Assembly: GCA_034521615.1 (NCBI GenBank) | Contig: JAXHME010000022.1 | Span: 723 to 64,722, forward strand | Direction of reading: 5' to 3' | From: Halobacteriales archaeon | GTDB taxonomy: Archaea > Halobacteriota > Halobacteria > Halobacteriales > Hikarchaeaceae | Length of the DNA: 64,000 bases | In this document: positions 50,476 through 61,609 of the stretch, in pieces | How the letters are laid out: each line of letters starts with the position of its first letter | Numbering within the stretch: the stretch's first letter is position 1 | Notes under the pieces: generated by a model | Told to the model about the DNA's origin: nothing | The model's input: the letters and a program-made list of their open reading frames with translations, nothing else | The model's database searches: none | Program-made: the position numbers and the translations under genes

Positions 50476-52377
50476 TTAGTCACCGGTCGCGGGCTCCATC
50501 CGCGTGTTGAACTCCGGCTGGGTGTCGACGCCGCCGTCGAGCCGGGTCTCGAAGCCGTCGACGACCTCGACGGGCTCGAACGGCTCGCCGTCGTACTTCA
50601 GGAGGCTGTACAGCTTCTCGCCGTACCGGCCCAGTTCGCGCTGGACGAGCCCGCGGAACTGGCCGGTCGCGTTCATCTCGACGACGAGCGCCTCGTCGAC
50701 GCCGTCGATGAACGCCGCGACCTCCTCGGCCGGGAACGGCCGGAGGTCGCTCACCGAGAGCGACTTCACCCGGTCGCCGTCGGCGTTGAGCCGGTCGACG
50801 GCCTCCTCGACCGTGCCCTGGTTCGAGCCCCAGGTGATGATGCCGTAGTCGGCGTCGGCCGGGCCGTGGGTCGACTGATTCGACTCGGGCTGCTCGTCGA
50901 GGAACGCCTGGATGCCCTCGTACTTCGAGAACCGCCGGTCGGACTGGGTCACGCGGTTCGTCGTGTCCTCGGAGATGTGGCCGGCCGGCCAGTGCTCGTT
51001 CCCCGAGGCGAGGAACCGGCCGCCCTGCTGGCCGGGGATCGTCCGCGGGCTGACGCCGTTCTCGGCCTCGTAGGCGTAGCGCTCGAACTTGCCCGACGGG
51101 TGGTGGGGCGCCTCGGCGACCTCGGCCTCCTCGAGCGTGCCGCCCATCGCCGGGTTCGGCTCGCGGTCGAAGAAGGCGGCGTCGAGGTTCCGGAACTCGC
51201 CGCCGAGCTTCTGGTCGTAGAGCAGGATCGCGGGGACGTTGAAGTCGTAGGCGATCCGGAACGCCAGCCGCGTCTGCTCGTACGCCTCCCGGGGCGTGCC
51301 CGGCGCGAGCACGACGCGCGTCGAGTCGCCCTGGCTCGTATAGAGGACGTGCTCGAGGTCGCCCTGCTCGGTCTTCGTGGGCATGCCCGTCGAGGGCCCG
51401 GCCCGCATCGCCTCGATGAGGACGACGGGCTCCTCGGCCATCTCGGCGAGGCCCAGCGGCTCGGACATCAGCGCGAAGCCCCCGCCCGACGAGCCGGACA
51501 TGGCCTTCACGCCGGCGTGGGAGGCGCCCAGCGCGAGCGCGGCGGCCGCGATCTCGTCCTCGACCTGCTCGGAGATGCCGCCGACCTCCGGCAGCCGGTG
51601 GCTCATGATGGTGAAGACGTCCGTCCAGGGCGTCATCGGATAGCCCGAGATGAACCGGCAGCCCTCGTCGATCGCGGCGTAGGCGATCGAGTGGCTGCCC
51701 GAGACGAGCACCTGCTCGCCGTCGTGGCTCCCCTCGGGCACCTGCACGTCGCTCGCCTCGACGTCGTACTCCTCCAGGACGGCGTCGCGGGCCGTCTCGA
51801 GGATCTCGAGGTTCTGCTCGAGCACCTCGCCGCTCATCGCCTCGCTCATGAGGTCCTCGATGGGCTCGAGGGACATCCCGGTGATCGCGGCGGTGGCGCC
51901 GACGCCGGCGGTGTTCCGCATCACCTCGCGGCCGACCTCGCGGGCCAGCCCGCGGAGGTCAAGCGGGTAGACGTGCCAGTCGTTGGCCTCGACGCGCTCG
52001 TCGAAGTCCTCGATCTGGTCGACGTCGATCAGCCCCTCGTCGTAGACGATGACCCCGCCCTCGCGGAGCTCGTCGAGGTTCTCGCTGAGCGGCTTGATCT
52101 CCTCGTTGCCGTAGACGGCGTGTTCGCCCGTCTGGCTCCGGCCGAACGAGTCGCCCAGGGCCAAGAGGAAGTTGTAGCCGTCGCCGCGCGACCGGACCGG
52201 CGTGGCCGCCGCCCGGATCTCGGCGTAGGTGTGACCCCCGCGGATACGCGAGGGGTAGTGGCGGTGCGTGAACACGTGGAGCCCCGACCGCATCAGGGCT
52301 TTCGCGAAGTTCTGGCTCGTCGAGTCGATCCCGTCGCCGGAACCGCCTGCGATTCGCCAGTCGAGCTCTTCAGTCAT
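50476..52377 (-). CDS. porA: Pyruvate:ferredoxin oxidoreductase alpha (gamma-alpha fused) subunit
   Basis: WRIAGGSGDGIDSTSQNFAKAL, SRIRGGH, GYPMTP, QVEDEIAA, RAGPSTGMPT. Confidence 0.88.
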   Translation of the reverse strand: MTEELDWRIAGGSGDGIDSTSQNFAKALMRSGLHVFTHRHYPSRIRGGHTYAEIRAAATPVRSRGDGYNFLLALGDSFGRSQTGEHAVYGNEEIKPLSENLDELREGGVIVYDEGLIDVDQIEDFDERVEANDWHVYPLDLRGLAREVGREVMRNTAGVGATAAITGMSLEPIEDLMSEAMSGEVLEQNLEILETARDAVLEEYDVEASDVQVPEGSHDGEQVLVSGSHSIAYAAIDEGCRFISGYPMTPWTDVFTIMSHRLPEVGGISEQVEDEIAAAALALGASHAGVKAMSGSSGGGFALMSEPLGLAEMAEEPVVLIEAMRAGPSTGMPTKTEQGDLEHVLYTSQGDSTRVVLAPGTPREAYEQTRLAFRIAYDFNVPAILLYDQKLGGEFRNLDAAFFDREPNPAMGGTLEEAEVAEAPHHPSGKFERYAYEAENGVSPRTIPGQQGGRFLASGNEHWPAGHISEDTTNRVTQSDRRFSKYEGIQAFLDEQPESNQSTHGPADADYGIITWGSNQGTVEEAVDRLNADGDRVKSLSVSDLRPFPAEEVAAFIDGVDEALVVEMNATGQFRGLVQRELGRYGEKLYSLLKYDGEPFEPVEVVDGFETRLDGGVDTQPEFNTRMEPATGD

Positions 52378-52529
52378 GTGAGGTCACGGCCCGGAGGGCC
52401 AGCGTGCTCCGCATTTCGAGGTCGAACGCCTTGTCCTTTGCCATAGGTTGACATGCATTGATGATGACAGACCGGCCGACTGCGGCTTCCATCGCCGATA
52501 AATCGTGGGCCGAGAACTCGCCGTTCGAC

Positions 52530-53591
52530 TCAGCGTGGCTCGGGCGTCGTCGCGCCCTCGGCGTGCCGTCGCCGGGCCACGATCCCCACGTTGTCCGCGA
52601 CGTTCCCGGTCACCTCGCGGAACGCCGCGCCGGCCTCGAAGCCCTCCTCGAGCACCGCCGGCGCCCCCTCGTCGCCGCCCGCCCGAACCCGCGGGTCGAG
52701 CGGCACCGACCCGAGGAACGGCATCTCGGCGTCCTCGGCGAACGCCTCGCCGCCGCCCCCGCCGAAGATCTCGTGCTCGCCGCCACAGTCCGGGCAGATG
52801 AACGCGCTCATGTTCTCGACGATGCCCAGCACGGGCGTGTCGTGCCGGCCGAACATCTCGAGGCCCTTCCGGGCGTCGTCGACCGCGACGGCCTGGGGCG
52901 TCGTCACGACGACCGCGCCGGCGATGGGCAGGGTCTGGAGGACGGTGAGCTGGGTGTCACCGGTGCCCGGCGGCATGTCGACTACCAGGTAGTCCAGCGG
53001 ACCCCACTCGACGTCCTCGACGAGCTGGGTCAGCACCTTGTGCACCATCGGCCCCCGCCAGATGACGGGGTCGTCCGGACCCACGAGGAAGGCCATGCTC
53101 ATCAGCTTCACCCCGAAGCGCTCGGGCGGGATGATGGCGCCCTCGCCGGTCGCCTGGGGCCCCTCGTCGGCCGCGACCATCCGGGGGACGTTCGGGCCGT
53201 AGACGTCGGCGTCGAACAGCCCCACTCTGGCGCCGCGATCGGCCAGCCCGGCCGCGAGGTTCACCGCGACCGTGCTCTTGCCGACGCCGCCCTTCCCCGA
53301 GGCCACCACGACGACGTTCTCCACGCCCGGAAGCACCTCCTCGTCGGGCGGCGCCGGCCGGTCGACCGACGCCGAGAGCTCGGCTTTGAGGCCGAGCTCG
53401 TCGAGCACGGCCCGGACCTCGTTCGCGATGGCGGTCTCGGCGGGCGAGTACGGGGCGCCCAGCGCGAGCGAGACGTGGGCCACGCCGTCGTCGACGCTGA
53501 CCTCGTTGACCAGGCCCAGCGAGACGATGTCGTCGCCCAGCGCGGGATCCTCGACCGACCGAAGCCTCTCGCGCACCGCGTCCGCGTCCAT
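52530..53591 (-). CDS. mrp: Mrp/NBP35 Fe-S cluster carrier ATPase
   Basis: SGKGGVGKST, DADVYGPN, IWRGPM, DMPPGTGD, ENMS..CPDC. Confidence 0.95.
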   Translation of the reverse strand: MDADAVRERLRSVEDPALGDDIVSLGLVNEVSVDDGVAHVSLALGAPYSPAETAIANEVRAVLDELGLKAELSASVDRPAPPDEEVLPGVENVVVVASGKGGVGKSTVAVNLAAGLADRGARVGLFDADVYGPNVPRMVAADEGPQATGEGAIIPPERFGVKLMSMAFLVGPDDPVIWRGPMVHKVLTQLVEDVEWGPLDYLVVDMPPGTGDTQLTVLQTLPIAGAVVVTTPQAVAVDDARKGLEMFGRHDTPVLGIVENMSAFICPDCGGEHEIFGGGGGEAFAEDAEMPFLGSVPLDPRVRAGGDEGAPAVLEEGFEAGAAFREVTGNVADNVGIVARRRHAEGATTPEPR

Positions 53592-53688
53592 GGGGCCGCT
53601 ATCCGGGAGCCGTGGATAAGGGTTGTGGAGGGGTTCGGGCGGGGAGGCGGGTAAACGATTATGTTAACTGTCCTCGTTTAACTACCCG

Positions 53689-54129
53689 ATGACCGACCGG
53701 GCGCCGGACGCCGCGGACACGTTCCTGACCGAGCGCCAGGCCGAGGTGCTCGAGCGGCGCCGGGAGGGGCTGACCCAACGGGAGATCGCCGAGCGGCTCG
53801 GCACCACCGTCCCGAACATCAGCGCCATCGAGCGCGCCGCGCGCGATAACGTCGAGCGGGCCCGCCGGACGGTCGACCTGGCGAACCGCATCGAGACCGA
53901 CGTCTGGTTCGAACAGGGCGCCGGCGACCATCTCCGGGACGTCGTCGAGGCGATCTACGAGGCCGGCGACGAGGCGGGCGTGAAGATCACCTACAGCGAC
54001 CCCGAGCTCGCCGCCTATCTCCACGTCCACCTCGGCGACCGGCTCGACGGCCGGCGGCTCACCGACCCGGTGGAGGTCGGCATCACCCCTGATGGCGGCG
54101 TCGTCACCTACGGCCCGGACCCGGGCTGA
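53689..54129 (+). CDS. tfx: Tfx-family DNA-binding protein
   Basis: FLTERQAEVL..R.EGLTQREIAERLGTT..NIS.IERAA. Confidence 0.85.
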   Translation: MTDRAPDAADTFLTERQAEVLERRREGLTQREIAERLGTTVPNISAIERAARDNVERARRTVDLANRIETDVWFEQGAGDHLRDVVEAIYEAGDEAGVKITYSDPELAAYLHVHLGDRLDGRRLTDPVEVGITPDGGVVTYGPDPG

Positions 54130-54214
54130 GGTGGGCCCGGGCGACAACATGTTAACCGGATGTGCCTAGAACCGGGTGACAGGTTTAACACCCGTGACGC
54201 CAACTCCCAGTCGA

Positions 54215-55264
54215 ATGCTGGTCGACGACTTCGGTCGGGAGCTCACCGGGATCCGGATCTCGCTGACGGATCGGTGCAACTTCGACTGTGTCTACTGTCA
54301 TAACGAGGGGCTCGGCGACACCCGGGGGCCGATGGAGCCGGCCGAGGACGAGCTGAGCGCCGACGAGGTGGTCCGCTTTCTGGAGGTCGCCGCGGAGGTC
54401 GGTGTCGACGCCGTCAAGTTCACCGGCGGCGAGCCGATGCTCCGCGAGGACCTCGAGGAGATCATCCGGCGCACGCCCGACTCGATGGAGCCCTCGCTGA
54501 CCACCAACGGGACGTTCCTCCCGGGCCGCGCCGAGGGCCTCGTCGACGCCGGGCTCGAGCGCGTGAACGTCTCCCAGGACGCGATGGAGCCCGAGGCGTT
54601 CGCCGAGCTCACCCGGAGCGGCGCCTACGACCGGGTGCTCGAGGGCGTCGACGCGGCGCTCGACGCCGGCCTCGCGCCCGTGAAGCTGAACATGGTCGTC
54701 TTCGAGCCGACGGCCGGCTACGTGCCCGGGATGGTCGAGCACGTCGCCGAGAACGAGGGGCTCCAGCTCCAGCTCATCGAGTACATGCCCGAGCTCGCGG
54801 GCCACCCCGAGTGGGCGATCGACATCGAGCGGGTCCACGGCTGGCTCGCCGAGCAGGCCGACCGGGTCGAGCACCGCGAGATGCACGACCGACGGCGCTA
54901 CTTCGTCGACGGCGGGATGGTCGAGGTCGTCGACCCGGTGGGCAACGCGGAGTTCTGCGCGAACTGCCACCGCGTGCGGGTCACCCACGACGGCTACCTG
55001 AAGGGCTGTCTCAACCGCAACGACGACCTGAAGTCGCTGGGCGGGCGGTCGAAGGCGGAGATGCGGGCGGCGCTGCGGGCGACCGTCGACGAGCGCGTCC
55101 CGTACTACGGCGAGTACCTGATCCAGGACGAGGAGGGCGACTGGGCCTTCAACGAGGCGTACCAGGACGCCGAGGGCGACCGGACGCCCTACGAGTACCA
55201 CGACGACGCCGCCGAGGGCGTCGACGCGATGGGCGAGGAGTCCATCGAGGCGGCGTCGGACTGA
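54215..55264 (+). CDS. moaA: GTP 3',8-cyclase MoaA
   Basis: CNFDCVYC radical SAM motif; TGGEP; [17 protein letters not shown]. Confidence 0.95.
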   Translation: MLVDDFGRELTGIRISLTDRCNFDCVYCHNEGLGDTRGPMEPAEDELSADEVVRFLEVAAEVGVDAVKFTGGEPMLREDLEEIIRRTPDSMEPSLTTNGTFLPGRAEGLVDAGLERVNVSQDAMEPEAFAELTRSGAYDRVLEGVDAALDAGLAPVKLNMVVFEPTAGYVPGMVEHVAENEGLQLQLIEYMPELAGHPEWAIDIERVHGWLAEQADRVEHREMHDRRRYFVDGGMVEVVDPVGNAEFCANCHRVRVTHDGYLKGCLNRNDDLKSLGGRSKAEMRAALRATVDERVPYYGEYLIQDEEGDWAFNEAYQDAEGDRTPYEYHDDAAEGVDAMGEESIEAASD

Positions 55265-55459
55265 GCGGATCCGGACCCCCGTTTGAGCCGACCACCGGCG
55301 CTCCCCGTTCGTCCGCGAGCCGGCCCGAGACGCCCGCAAACCGCGGGCTCGCGCCGCCGGTCGATTCGTTGGCCTTAAGTACCGGCCTCGGGTACTGTCG
55401 GTCGCAATACACTGCAGGGGTGTGGCGCCCCGAGTCCGCGAGGGCGACGAGACACGCGA

Positions 55460-55544
55460 GTCGAGGTAGCCAAGTCTGGCCCAAGGCGCAGGGTTGCTAA
55501 CTCTGTGGCGTCAAGCCTCCGGGGTTCGAATCCCCGCCTCGACG
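55460..55544 (+). tRNA. tRNA-Ser (GCT)
   Basis: Acceptor stem GTCGAGG/CCTCGAC; anticodon arm CAGGG-TTGCTAA-CTCTG; long variable arm; GGTTCGAATCC. Confidence 0.95.
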
Positions 55545-55587
55545 TCTCGCGCAATCGCGGCCGACGCCGCACGCCCCCAGCCAACAC

Positions 55588-56103
55588 ATGAGCACGGAAG
55601 AAGAACCCCAAGACGAGGACGAGGACCTTCGCTACTTCGTCCGGATCGGGCAGACCGACCTCGACGGCACCGCTGCCGTCGAGCGCGCGCTGACCGGCCT
55701 CGACGGGATCGGCCGACGCACCGCCCGGGTCATCGCCCGGGAGGTCGGCGTCGACCGGCGCGCCACGTTCGGCGCCCTCGACGACGAGACGATCGACGGG
55801 ATCGTCGCGGAGGTCGAGACGTACGTCGACGACGTGCCGGAGTGGCTCGCCAACCGCCGGAAGGACTACTTCTCCGGCGAGACGGTCCACCTGACCGGCA
55901 ACGACGTCGAGCTGGTCCGCCAGCAGGACATCAATCGCATGCAGAAGATCGGCTCCTACAAGGGCGTCCGCCACCGCCGCGGCCAGAAGGTCCGCGGCCA
56001 GCGGACGAAGTCCACGGGCCGGTCGGAGGGCACGATCGGTGTCAACGTCGAACGGATCCGGGAGGAGGCGGCCGAGGAGGCCGAGGAGGCTGAGGACGAG
56101 TAA
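55588..56103 (+). CDS. rps13: 30S ribosomal protein S13
   Basis: [37 protein letters not shown]. Confidence 0.97.
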   Translation: MSTEEEPQDEDEDLRYFVRIGQTDLDGTAAVERALTGLDGIGRRTARVIAREVGVDRRATFGALDDETIDGIVAEVETYVDDVPEWLANRRKDYFSGETVHLTGNDVELVRQQDINRMQKIGSYKGVRHRRGQKVRGQRTKSTGRSEGTIGVNVERIREEAAEEAEEAEDE

Positions 56104-56618
56104 TGCCGCTCGGCACCAACACCAAGTCCTACGAGACGCCGAACCACCCCTTCCAGGGCGGCCGCATCGCCGAGGAGCGCGACCTCCTCGCGCGGTACGG
56201 CCTCAAGAACAAGGAGGAGCTCTGGCGCGCCCAGTCCGAGCTGCGTTCCTACCGGCGGGAGGCCCGGAGCCTCCTGGCGCAGTTCACCGACGAGGGCGAT
56301 GAGGCCGAGCCGTTCCTGGCCCGGCTTCGCCGCTACGGCATCCTCGGGGCCGACGACGGCCTCGGCGCCGTCCTGGCGCTCGACGTGACCGACATCCTCG
56401 AGCGCCGGCTCCAGACGGTGGTCTACCGCCGCGGGCTGGCCCACACGGCCAAGCAGGCCCGCCAGTTCGTCAGCCACGGGCACGTCACCGTCGAGGACCG
56501 CCGCGTTCGGATCCCCTCCTACAAGGTCGCGGTCGAGGAGGAGGGCGCCATCGACTACGACGACCACAGCCCGCTCGCCGACGACCTCCACCCCGAGCGG
56601 ACGGAGGCCGAGCAATGA
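56103..56618 (+). CDS. rps4: 30S ribosomal protein S4
   Basis: [26 protein letters not shown]. Confidence 0.97.
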   Translation: MPLGTNTKSYETPNHPFQGGRIAEERDLLARYGLKNKEELWRAQSELRSYRREARSLLAQFTDEGDEAEPFLARLRRYGILGADDGLGAVLALDVTDILERRLQTVVYRRGLAHTAKQARQFVSHGHVTVEDRRVRIPSYKVAVEEEGAIDYDDHSPLADDLHPERTEAEQ

Positions 56619-57010
56619 GCGGCGAGGAGGGCGAGGCCGGCGCGCAGTGGGCCGTCGCGCACGTCCACGCGTCGTACAACAACACGCTGCTGACCGTGAC
56701 CGACGAGACGGGCGCGGAGACGCTGGCGAAGTCCAGCGGCGGCTCGGTCGTCAAGCAGAGCCGCGACGAGGCGTCGCCCTACGCCGCGATGCAGATGGCC
56801 GAGCAGGTCGCCGAGACCGTGCTCGCCCAGGGCATCTCCGGCGTCCACGTCCGCGTCCGCGGCCCCGGCGGGAACTCCCGCATGGGCCCGGGCCCGGGCG
56901 CCCAAGCGACCATCCGGGCGCTGGCCCGTGCCGGCCTCGAGATCGGCCGGATCGAGGACGTCACGCCCCACCCACACGACGGCGGCCGCGCGCCGCGGCC
57001 GGGGAACTGA
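56615..57010 (+). CDS. rps11: 30S ribosomal protein S11
   Basis: [31 protein letters not shown]. Confidence 0.97.
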   Translation: MSGEEGEAGAQWAVAHVHASYNNTLLTVTDETGAETLAKSSGGSVVKQSRDEASPYAAMQMAEQVAETVLAQGISGVHVRVRGPGGNSRMGPGPGAQATIRALARAGLEIGRIEDVTPHPHDGGRAPRPGN

Positions 57011-57011
57011 G

Positions 57012-57767
57012 ATGGCCGAGGACTTCGACGTCGAGTTCATCGACGACGACGACCGCGACGACCGGAACGCCCGGTTCGTCGTCCGCGGGCTGACCCCGGC
57101 GTTCGCCAACGGCATCCGGCGGGCGATGCTCGCCGACGTGCCGACGGTCGCCGTCGAGGACGTCCGCGTCATCGAGAACACGAGCGTGATGTTCGACGAG
57201 ATGATCGGGCTCCGGCTCGGGCTGGTCCCGCTGACCACGCCCGTCGACGAGTTCGAGCCCGGCGAGGGCGTCACCCTCGCGCTCGACGTCGAGGGCCCCG
57301 CGACGGCGTACTCCGGCGACATCGAGTCGTCGGACGACCTCGTCCAGCCCGCCGAGCAGAACGTCCCGATCATCGAGCTCAAGGAGAACCAGCGGCTGGC
57401 CTTCGAGGCCGAGGCCGTGTTGGGCCGTGGGCGCGACCACGCCAAGCACCAGGGCGGCGTGGCCGTCGCCTACCGCCACCTCCAGCGCGTCGAGGTCGAC
57501 GGCGAGCTCGACGACTACGAGGACCGCGAGCCCCAGATCGTCCGGGGCGTCATCGAGGACGACGGCGAGCTCGTGCCCGCCGAGACGTTCGGCAACGACA
57601 TCACCAACCGGTACCCCGAGCAGGCCGTCACCGTCGAGGACGTCCCGGGCGCGTTCGTCTTCCACGTGGAGACGGACGGCTCGATGACCGTCGACGAGCT
57701 CGTGACCGGCGCCGTCCGCTCCCTGGCGGACCGCGCCGACGAGCTCGAGGCCGCCGTCCAGCTGTAA
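57012..57767 (+). CDS. rpoD: RNA polymerase subunit Rpo3 (D)
   Basis: [35 protein letters not shown]. Confidence 0.97.
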   Translation: MAEDFDVEFIDDDDRDDRNARFVVRGLTPAFANGIRRAMLADVPTVAVEDVRVIENTSVMFDEMIGLRLGLVPLTTPVDEFEPGEGVTLALDVEGPATAYSGDIESSDDLVQPAEQNVPIIELKENQRLAFEAEAVLGRGRDHAKHQGGVAVAYRHLQRVEVDGELDDYEDREPQIVRGVIEDDGELVPAETFGNDITNRYPEQAVTVEDVPGAFVFHVETDGSMTVDELVTGAVRSLADRADELEAAVQL

Positions 57768-57876
57768 CGACCCATGAGCCCCCACACCCCACTGCCGACC
57801 GCCCGCGGAACCCCGAGCGGCGCGACCGGCGGAACCGAAACCCGTTTCAGGGGGGCCAGCCAACCCCGATTCGCGT

Positions 57877-57961
57877 GCAGGGATAGCCAAGTCAGGTCAA
57901 CGGCGCGGCGTTCAGGGCGCCGTCCCGTAGGGGTCCGCAGGTTCGAATCCTGCTCCCTGCA
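57877..57961 (+). tRNA. tRNA-Leu (CAG)
   Basis: Acceptor stem GCAGGGA/TCCCTGC; anticodon arm CGGCG-TTCAGGG-CGCCG; variable arm; GGTTCGAATCC. Confidence 0.95.
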
Positions 57962-57982
57962 CTCCACCGTTCTACCACACCA

Positions 57983-58336
57983 ATGAGCAAAGCGAGCCCA
58001 CGACTGACCAGCCTCATCGCCGAGCTGAAGGCCGTCGCCCGGGAGTCCGGCAGCGACGTCTGGCTGGACGTGGCGGACCGCCTCGAGCGGCCCCGGCGTA
58101 CCCACGCCGAGGTCAACCTCGGGCGCATCGACCGCTACGCCCGCGACGACGAGACCGTCGTCGTTCCCGGCAAGGTGCTCGGCTCCGGCGTCGTCCGGAC
58201 CGGGTACACCGTCGCGGCCGTCGACTTCTCGACGTCCGCCGCGGAGAAGATCCGGCAGGCCGACGGCGAGGCGATCCCCCTCGAACAGGCGATCGAACGC
58301 AACCCCGACGGCAGCGACGTGCGGGTGGTCCGATGA
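57983..58336 (+). CDS. rpl18e: 50S ribosomal protein L18e
   Basis: [19 protein letters not shown]. Confidence 0.97.
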   Translation: MSKASPRLTSLIAELKAVARESGSDVWLDVADRLERPRRTHAEVNLGRIDRYARDDETVVVPGKVLGSGVVRTGYTVAAVDFSTSAAEKIRQADGEAIPLEQAIERNPDGSDVRVVR

Positions 58337-58770
58337 GCGTGGCCGAGTTCGACGCCGACCTCGTGGTCGACGGCGCCGGCTGCATCCTCGGCCGCGTCGC
58401 CTCGGGGGTCGCCGAGCGCGCCCTCGACGGCGAGGCCGTCGCCATCGTCAACGCCGAGCACCTCATCGTGACCGGCGACGAGGCCGACGTGGTCGGGAAG
58501 TACCGCAAGCGGACCGAGCTCGGCTCGGACCGCGGCCCGTACTACCCGAAGCGCCCCGACGGCATCATGAAGCGCGCCGTCCGCGGCATGCTCCCGCACA
58601 CGACGACGCGGGGCCGCGAGGCGCTCGAGCGCGTCCGCGTCTACGTCGGCAACCCCTACGACGACGACGGCGAGGAGCTCGAGGGCACCTCGCTGGACCG
58701 GCTCTCGAACATCCGCTTCGTCCAGCTGGGCGAGGTCAGCGAACAGATCGGAGCGAACGTCACATGGTAA
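58333..58770 (+). CDS. rpl13: 50S ribosomal protein L13
   Basis: [26 protein letters not shown]. Confidence 0.97.
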   Translation: MSVAEFDADLVVDGAGCILGRVASGVAERALDGEAVAIVNAEHLIVTGDEADVVGKYRKRTELGSDRGPYYPKRPDGIMKRAVRGMLPHTTTRGREALERVRVYVGNPYDDDGEELEGTSLDRLSNIRFVQLGEVSEQIGANVTW

Positions 58771-59162
58771 CGAACACGTCCGGCAAGAAGAAGACGGCCG
58801 TCGCCCGCGCCACGGTGCGCGACGGCGCCGGCCGCGTGCGCATCAACGGTCGACCCATCGAGCTGGTCGACCCGGAGACGTCCCGGCTGAAGATGGCCGA
58901 GCCGTTCCGCATCGCGGGCGATGAGCTCCGCGACGCGGTCGACATCTCGGTCACCGTCGACGGCGGCGGCATCAGCGGCCAGGCCGACGCCGTGCGCACG
59001 GCCATCGCCCGCGGGCTCGTCGAGTTCACGGGCGACATGGAGCTCCGCGACGCGTTCATGACGTTCGACCGCACGCTGCTGGTCAACGACGTCCGCCAGC
59101 GCGAGTCGAAGAAGTGGGGCGGCCCCGGCGCCCGGGCACGCTACCAGAAGTCCTACCGGTGA
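58764..59162 (+). CDS. rps9: 30S ribosomal protein S9
   Basis: [35 protein letters not shown]. Confidence 0.97.
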   Translation: MVTNTSGKKKTAVARATVRDGAGRVRINGRPIELVDPETSRLKMAEPFRIAGDELRDAVDISVTVDGGGISGQADAVRTAIARGLVEFTGDMELRDAFMTFDRTLLVNDVRQRESKKWGGPGARARYQKSYR

Positions 59163-59169
59163 TCTCGCC

Positions 59170-59370
59170 ATGATGGTTCCCGTCCGCTGCTTCACGTGTG
59201 GCAAGGTCATCGGCGAGCACTGGGACGAGTACACCGAGCGCGCCGCCGGCCACGAGGGCGACGAGGCGCCCGACGAGGTGCTCGACGACCTCGGCCTCGA
59301 CCGGTACTGCTGCCGGCGGATGTTCGTCTCGCACACCGACCTCGTCGACGTGGTCTCGCCCTACCAGTGA
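59170..59370 (+). CDS. rpoN: RNA polymerase subunit Rpo10 (N)
   Basis: PVRCFTCG...RYCCRRM. Confidence 0.97.
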   Translation: MMVPVRCFTCGKVIGEHWDEYTERAAGHEGDEAPDEVLDDLGLDRYCCRRMFVSHTDLVDVVSPYQ

Positions 59371-59558
59371 TGCAGCAACACCACAACCGCTACGAGAAGG
59401 CCCGCATCATCGGCGCCCGAGCGCTGCAGATCGCCTACGGCGCGCCGGTGCTCATCGAGACCGCCCAGTCCGAGCCGATCCTGATCGCCGCGGAGGAGTA
59501 CGACGCTGACGTGCTCCCGTTCACGGTGAACCGACGGCGCGGGCGGTCGGCCAGGTGA
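59370..59558 (+). CDS. rpoK: RNA polymerase subunit Rpo6 (K)
   Basis: ATG at 59370; [20 protein letters not shown]. Confidence 0.95.
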   Translation: MQQHHNRYEKARIIGARALQIAYGAPVLIETAQSEPILIAAEEYDADVLPFTVNRRRGRSAR

Positions 59559-59560
59559 GC

Positions 59561-60772
59561 ATGTCGCGGATCGAGGACGTCCGGCTCCGCCGCGTGCTCG
59601 ATTCGAGAGGCGACGCCACGGTCGAGGCCGACGTGACCACCGAGTCCGGCGGCTTCGGGCGCGCCATCGCGCCGAGCGGCGCGAGCACCGGCGCGTACGA
59701 GGCCGTCGAGCGACCGCCCGACGAGGCCATCGCCGCCGCCCGGGAGCACGCCGTGCCCCGGCTGGAGGGGAGCTGCTTCGCGGGCGACCAGCGCGAGGTC
59801 GACGCCGCGCTCCGGGCCGCCGACGGGACCGAGGACTTCTCGACGATCGGCGCGAACAGCGCCGTCGCCATCAGCATGGCCGCCGCGAAGGCCGCGGCGG
59901 ACCTGCTCCGCGTTCCGCTCTACCAGCACCTCGGCGGGGCGTTCCGGGGCGACGCGTTCCCGGTCCCGCTGGGCAACGTGATCGGCGGCGGCGAGCACGC
60001 CGCCGACGCGACGGACATCCAGGAGTTCCACGCCGTCCCGCTGGGCGCCCCCAACGTCGCGGACGCCGTCTTCGCCAACGCCGCGGTCCACGCGGCCGTC
60101 GGCGAGGCGCTCACGGCGCGCGGCACGCCCGCGAACAAGGGCGACGAGGGCGCGTGGGCCCCCCAGGGGCTCGACGACGCGGCGGCGTTCGAGCTGCTCG
60201 CCGAGGCGGCCGACGCCGTCGGCGACGAGTTCGGGTTCGAGATCGCGCTCGGGCTCGACGTCGCCGCCGCGGAGCTCTACGACGCCGACGCCGGCGTCTA
60301 CCGCTACGCCGACGGCGAGCGCACGCCCGCCGAGCAGGTCGACTACATGGCCGAGCTCGTCGAGGCACACGACCTCGCGTACCTCGAGGACCCCCTCGAC
60401 GAGGACGACTTCGAGGGCTTCGCCGCGCTCACCGAGCGCGTCGGGGACCGCACGCTCGTCTGCGGCGACGACCTGTTCGCCACCAACGTCGAGCGGCTCG
60501 AGCGGGGCATCGAGGCGGGCGCGGGCAACGCGATCCTGGTGAAGCCGAACCAGATCGGGACGCTCTCGGACGCCGTCGACGCCATCGAGACCGCGACGCG
60601 GGCCGGCTACACCCCCGTGGTCTCCCACCGCTCGGGCGAGACCGAGGACACGACGATCGCCCACCTCGCCGTCGGCACCGGCGCGCCGTTCGTCAAGACG
60701 GGCGCCGTGGGCGGCGAGCGAACCGCGAAGCTGAACGAGCTGATCCGGATCCAACACGAGGCACCACTATGA
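59561..60772 (+). CDS. eno: Enolase
   Basis: [37 protein letters not shown]. Confidence 0.97.
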   Translation: MSRIEDVRLRRVLDSRGDATVEADVTTESGGFGRAIAPSGASTGAYEAVERPPDEAIAAAREHAVPRLEGSCFAGDQREVDAALRAADGTEDFSTIGANSAVAISMAAAKAAADLLRVPLYQHLGGAFRGDAFPVPLGNVIGGGEHAADATDIQEFHAVPLGAPNVADAVFANAAVHAAVGEALTARGTPANKGDEGAWAPQGLDDAAAFELLAEAADAVGDEFGFEIALGLDVAAAELYDADAGVYRYADGERTPAEQVDYMAELVEAHDLAYLEDPLDEDDFEGFAALTERVGDRTLVCGDDLFATNVERLERGIEAGAGNAILVKPNQIGTLSDAVDAIETATRAGYTPVVSHRSGETEDTTIAHLAVGTGAPFVKTGAVGGERTAKLNELIRIQHEAPL

Positions 60773-61530
60773 CCGACGACGAACCCACTGACACCGGGGC
60801 GGCCGAGGCCGTCGAGGTCGACCCCGACGACGAGCCCGCCCCCGCGGGCGAGGACGAACAGCCCGCCGAGGCCGCCGCGGCCGAGGCCGAGGAGGAGACC
60901 GAGGACGAGGCCCCCGGGCCCGCCATGGACGACGACGTGCTCTCCGACGAGGAGGCCGACCTGCTGCTCCCCGTCGAGGATTACCTCGGCGCGGGTATCC
61001 ACATCGGCACCCAGCAGAAGACCAAGGACATGGAGCGGTTCATCCACCGCGTTCGGACCGACGGGCTCTACGTCCTGGACATCTCGAAGACCGACGACCG
61101 CATCCGCACGGCCGCGGACTTCCTGTCGGGCTACGCGCCCGAGGGCATCCTGGTGACGTCCTCGCGACAGTACGGCCGGTTCCCGGCCGAGAAGTTCGCC
61201 GAGGCCATCGGCGCGCGGGCCCGCACCGGGCGGTTCATCCCGGGCACGCTGACGAACCCGCAGTACGACGGCTACATCGAGCCCGACGTCGTGGTCGTCA
61301 CCGACCCGATCGGCGACGCACAGGCCGTCACCGAGGCCATCACGGTCGGCATCCCGGTCGTCGCGATGTGCGACTCGAACAACACCACGTCCAACGTCGA
61401 CCTCATCATCCCGACGAACAACAAGGGCCGCAAGGCGCTCTCGGTCGTCTACTGGCTGCTGGCCAACGAGACGCTCGACCGCCGCGGCGCCGAGCCGAGC
61501 TTCGCCCTCGAGGACTTCGAGGAGCTGTAG
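60769..61530 (+). CDS. rps2: 30S ribosomal protein S2
   Basis: ATG at 60769; acidic N-terminal tail; [26 protein letters not shown]. Confidence 0.97.
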   Translation: MTDDEPTDTGAAEAVEVDPDDEPAPAGEDEQPAEAAAAEAEEETEDEAPGPAMDDDVLSDEEADLLLPVEDYLGAGIHIGTQQKTKDMERFIHRVRTDGLYVLDISKTDDRIRTAADFLSGYAPEGILVTSSRQYGRFPAEKFAEAIGARARTGRFIPGTLTNPQYDGYIEPDVVVVTDPIGDAQAVTEAITVGIPVVAMCDSNNTTSNVDLIIPTNNKGRKALSVVYWLLANETLDRRGAEPSFALEDFEEL

Positions 61531-61609
61531 GCCGGCCGTCGGTCGTGGTGCCGCGTCGCGGCCCGCCGGACGACATCCTTTAAGCCGAACCGCCACGCGT
61601 CTCAGCCGA

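Noticed and set aside
47302-52446. 1714-aa + strand ORF and other very long ORFs (7044..9821, 41967..44990, 29100..30161 extension)
   Set aside because: Antisense or shadow frames of real genes in high-GC DNA. They are Arg/Gly/Val-rich and non-acidic; only the embedded SRAP and ArcE-like parts are real.
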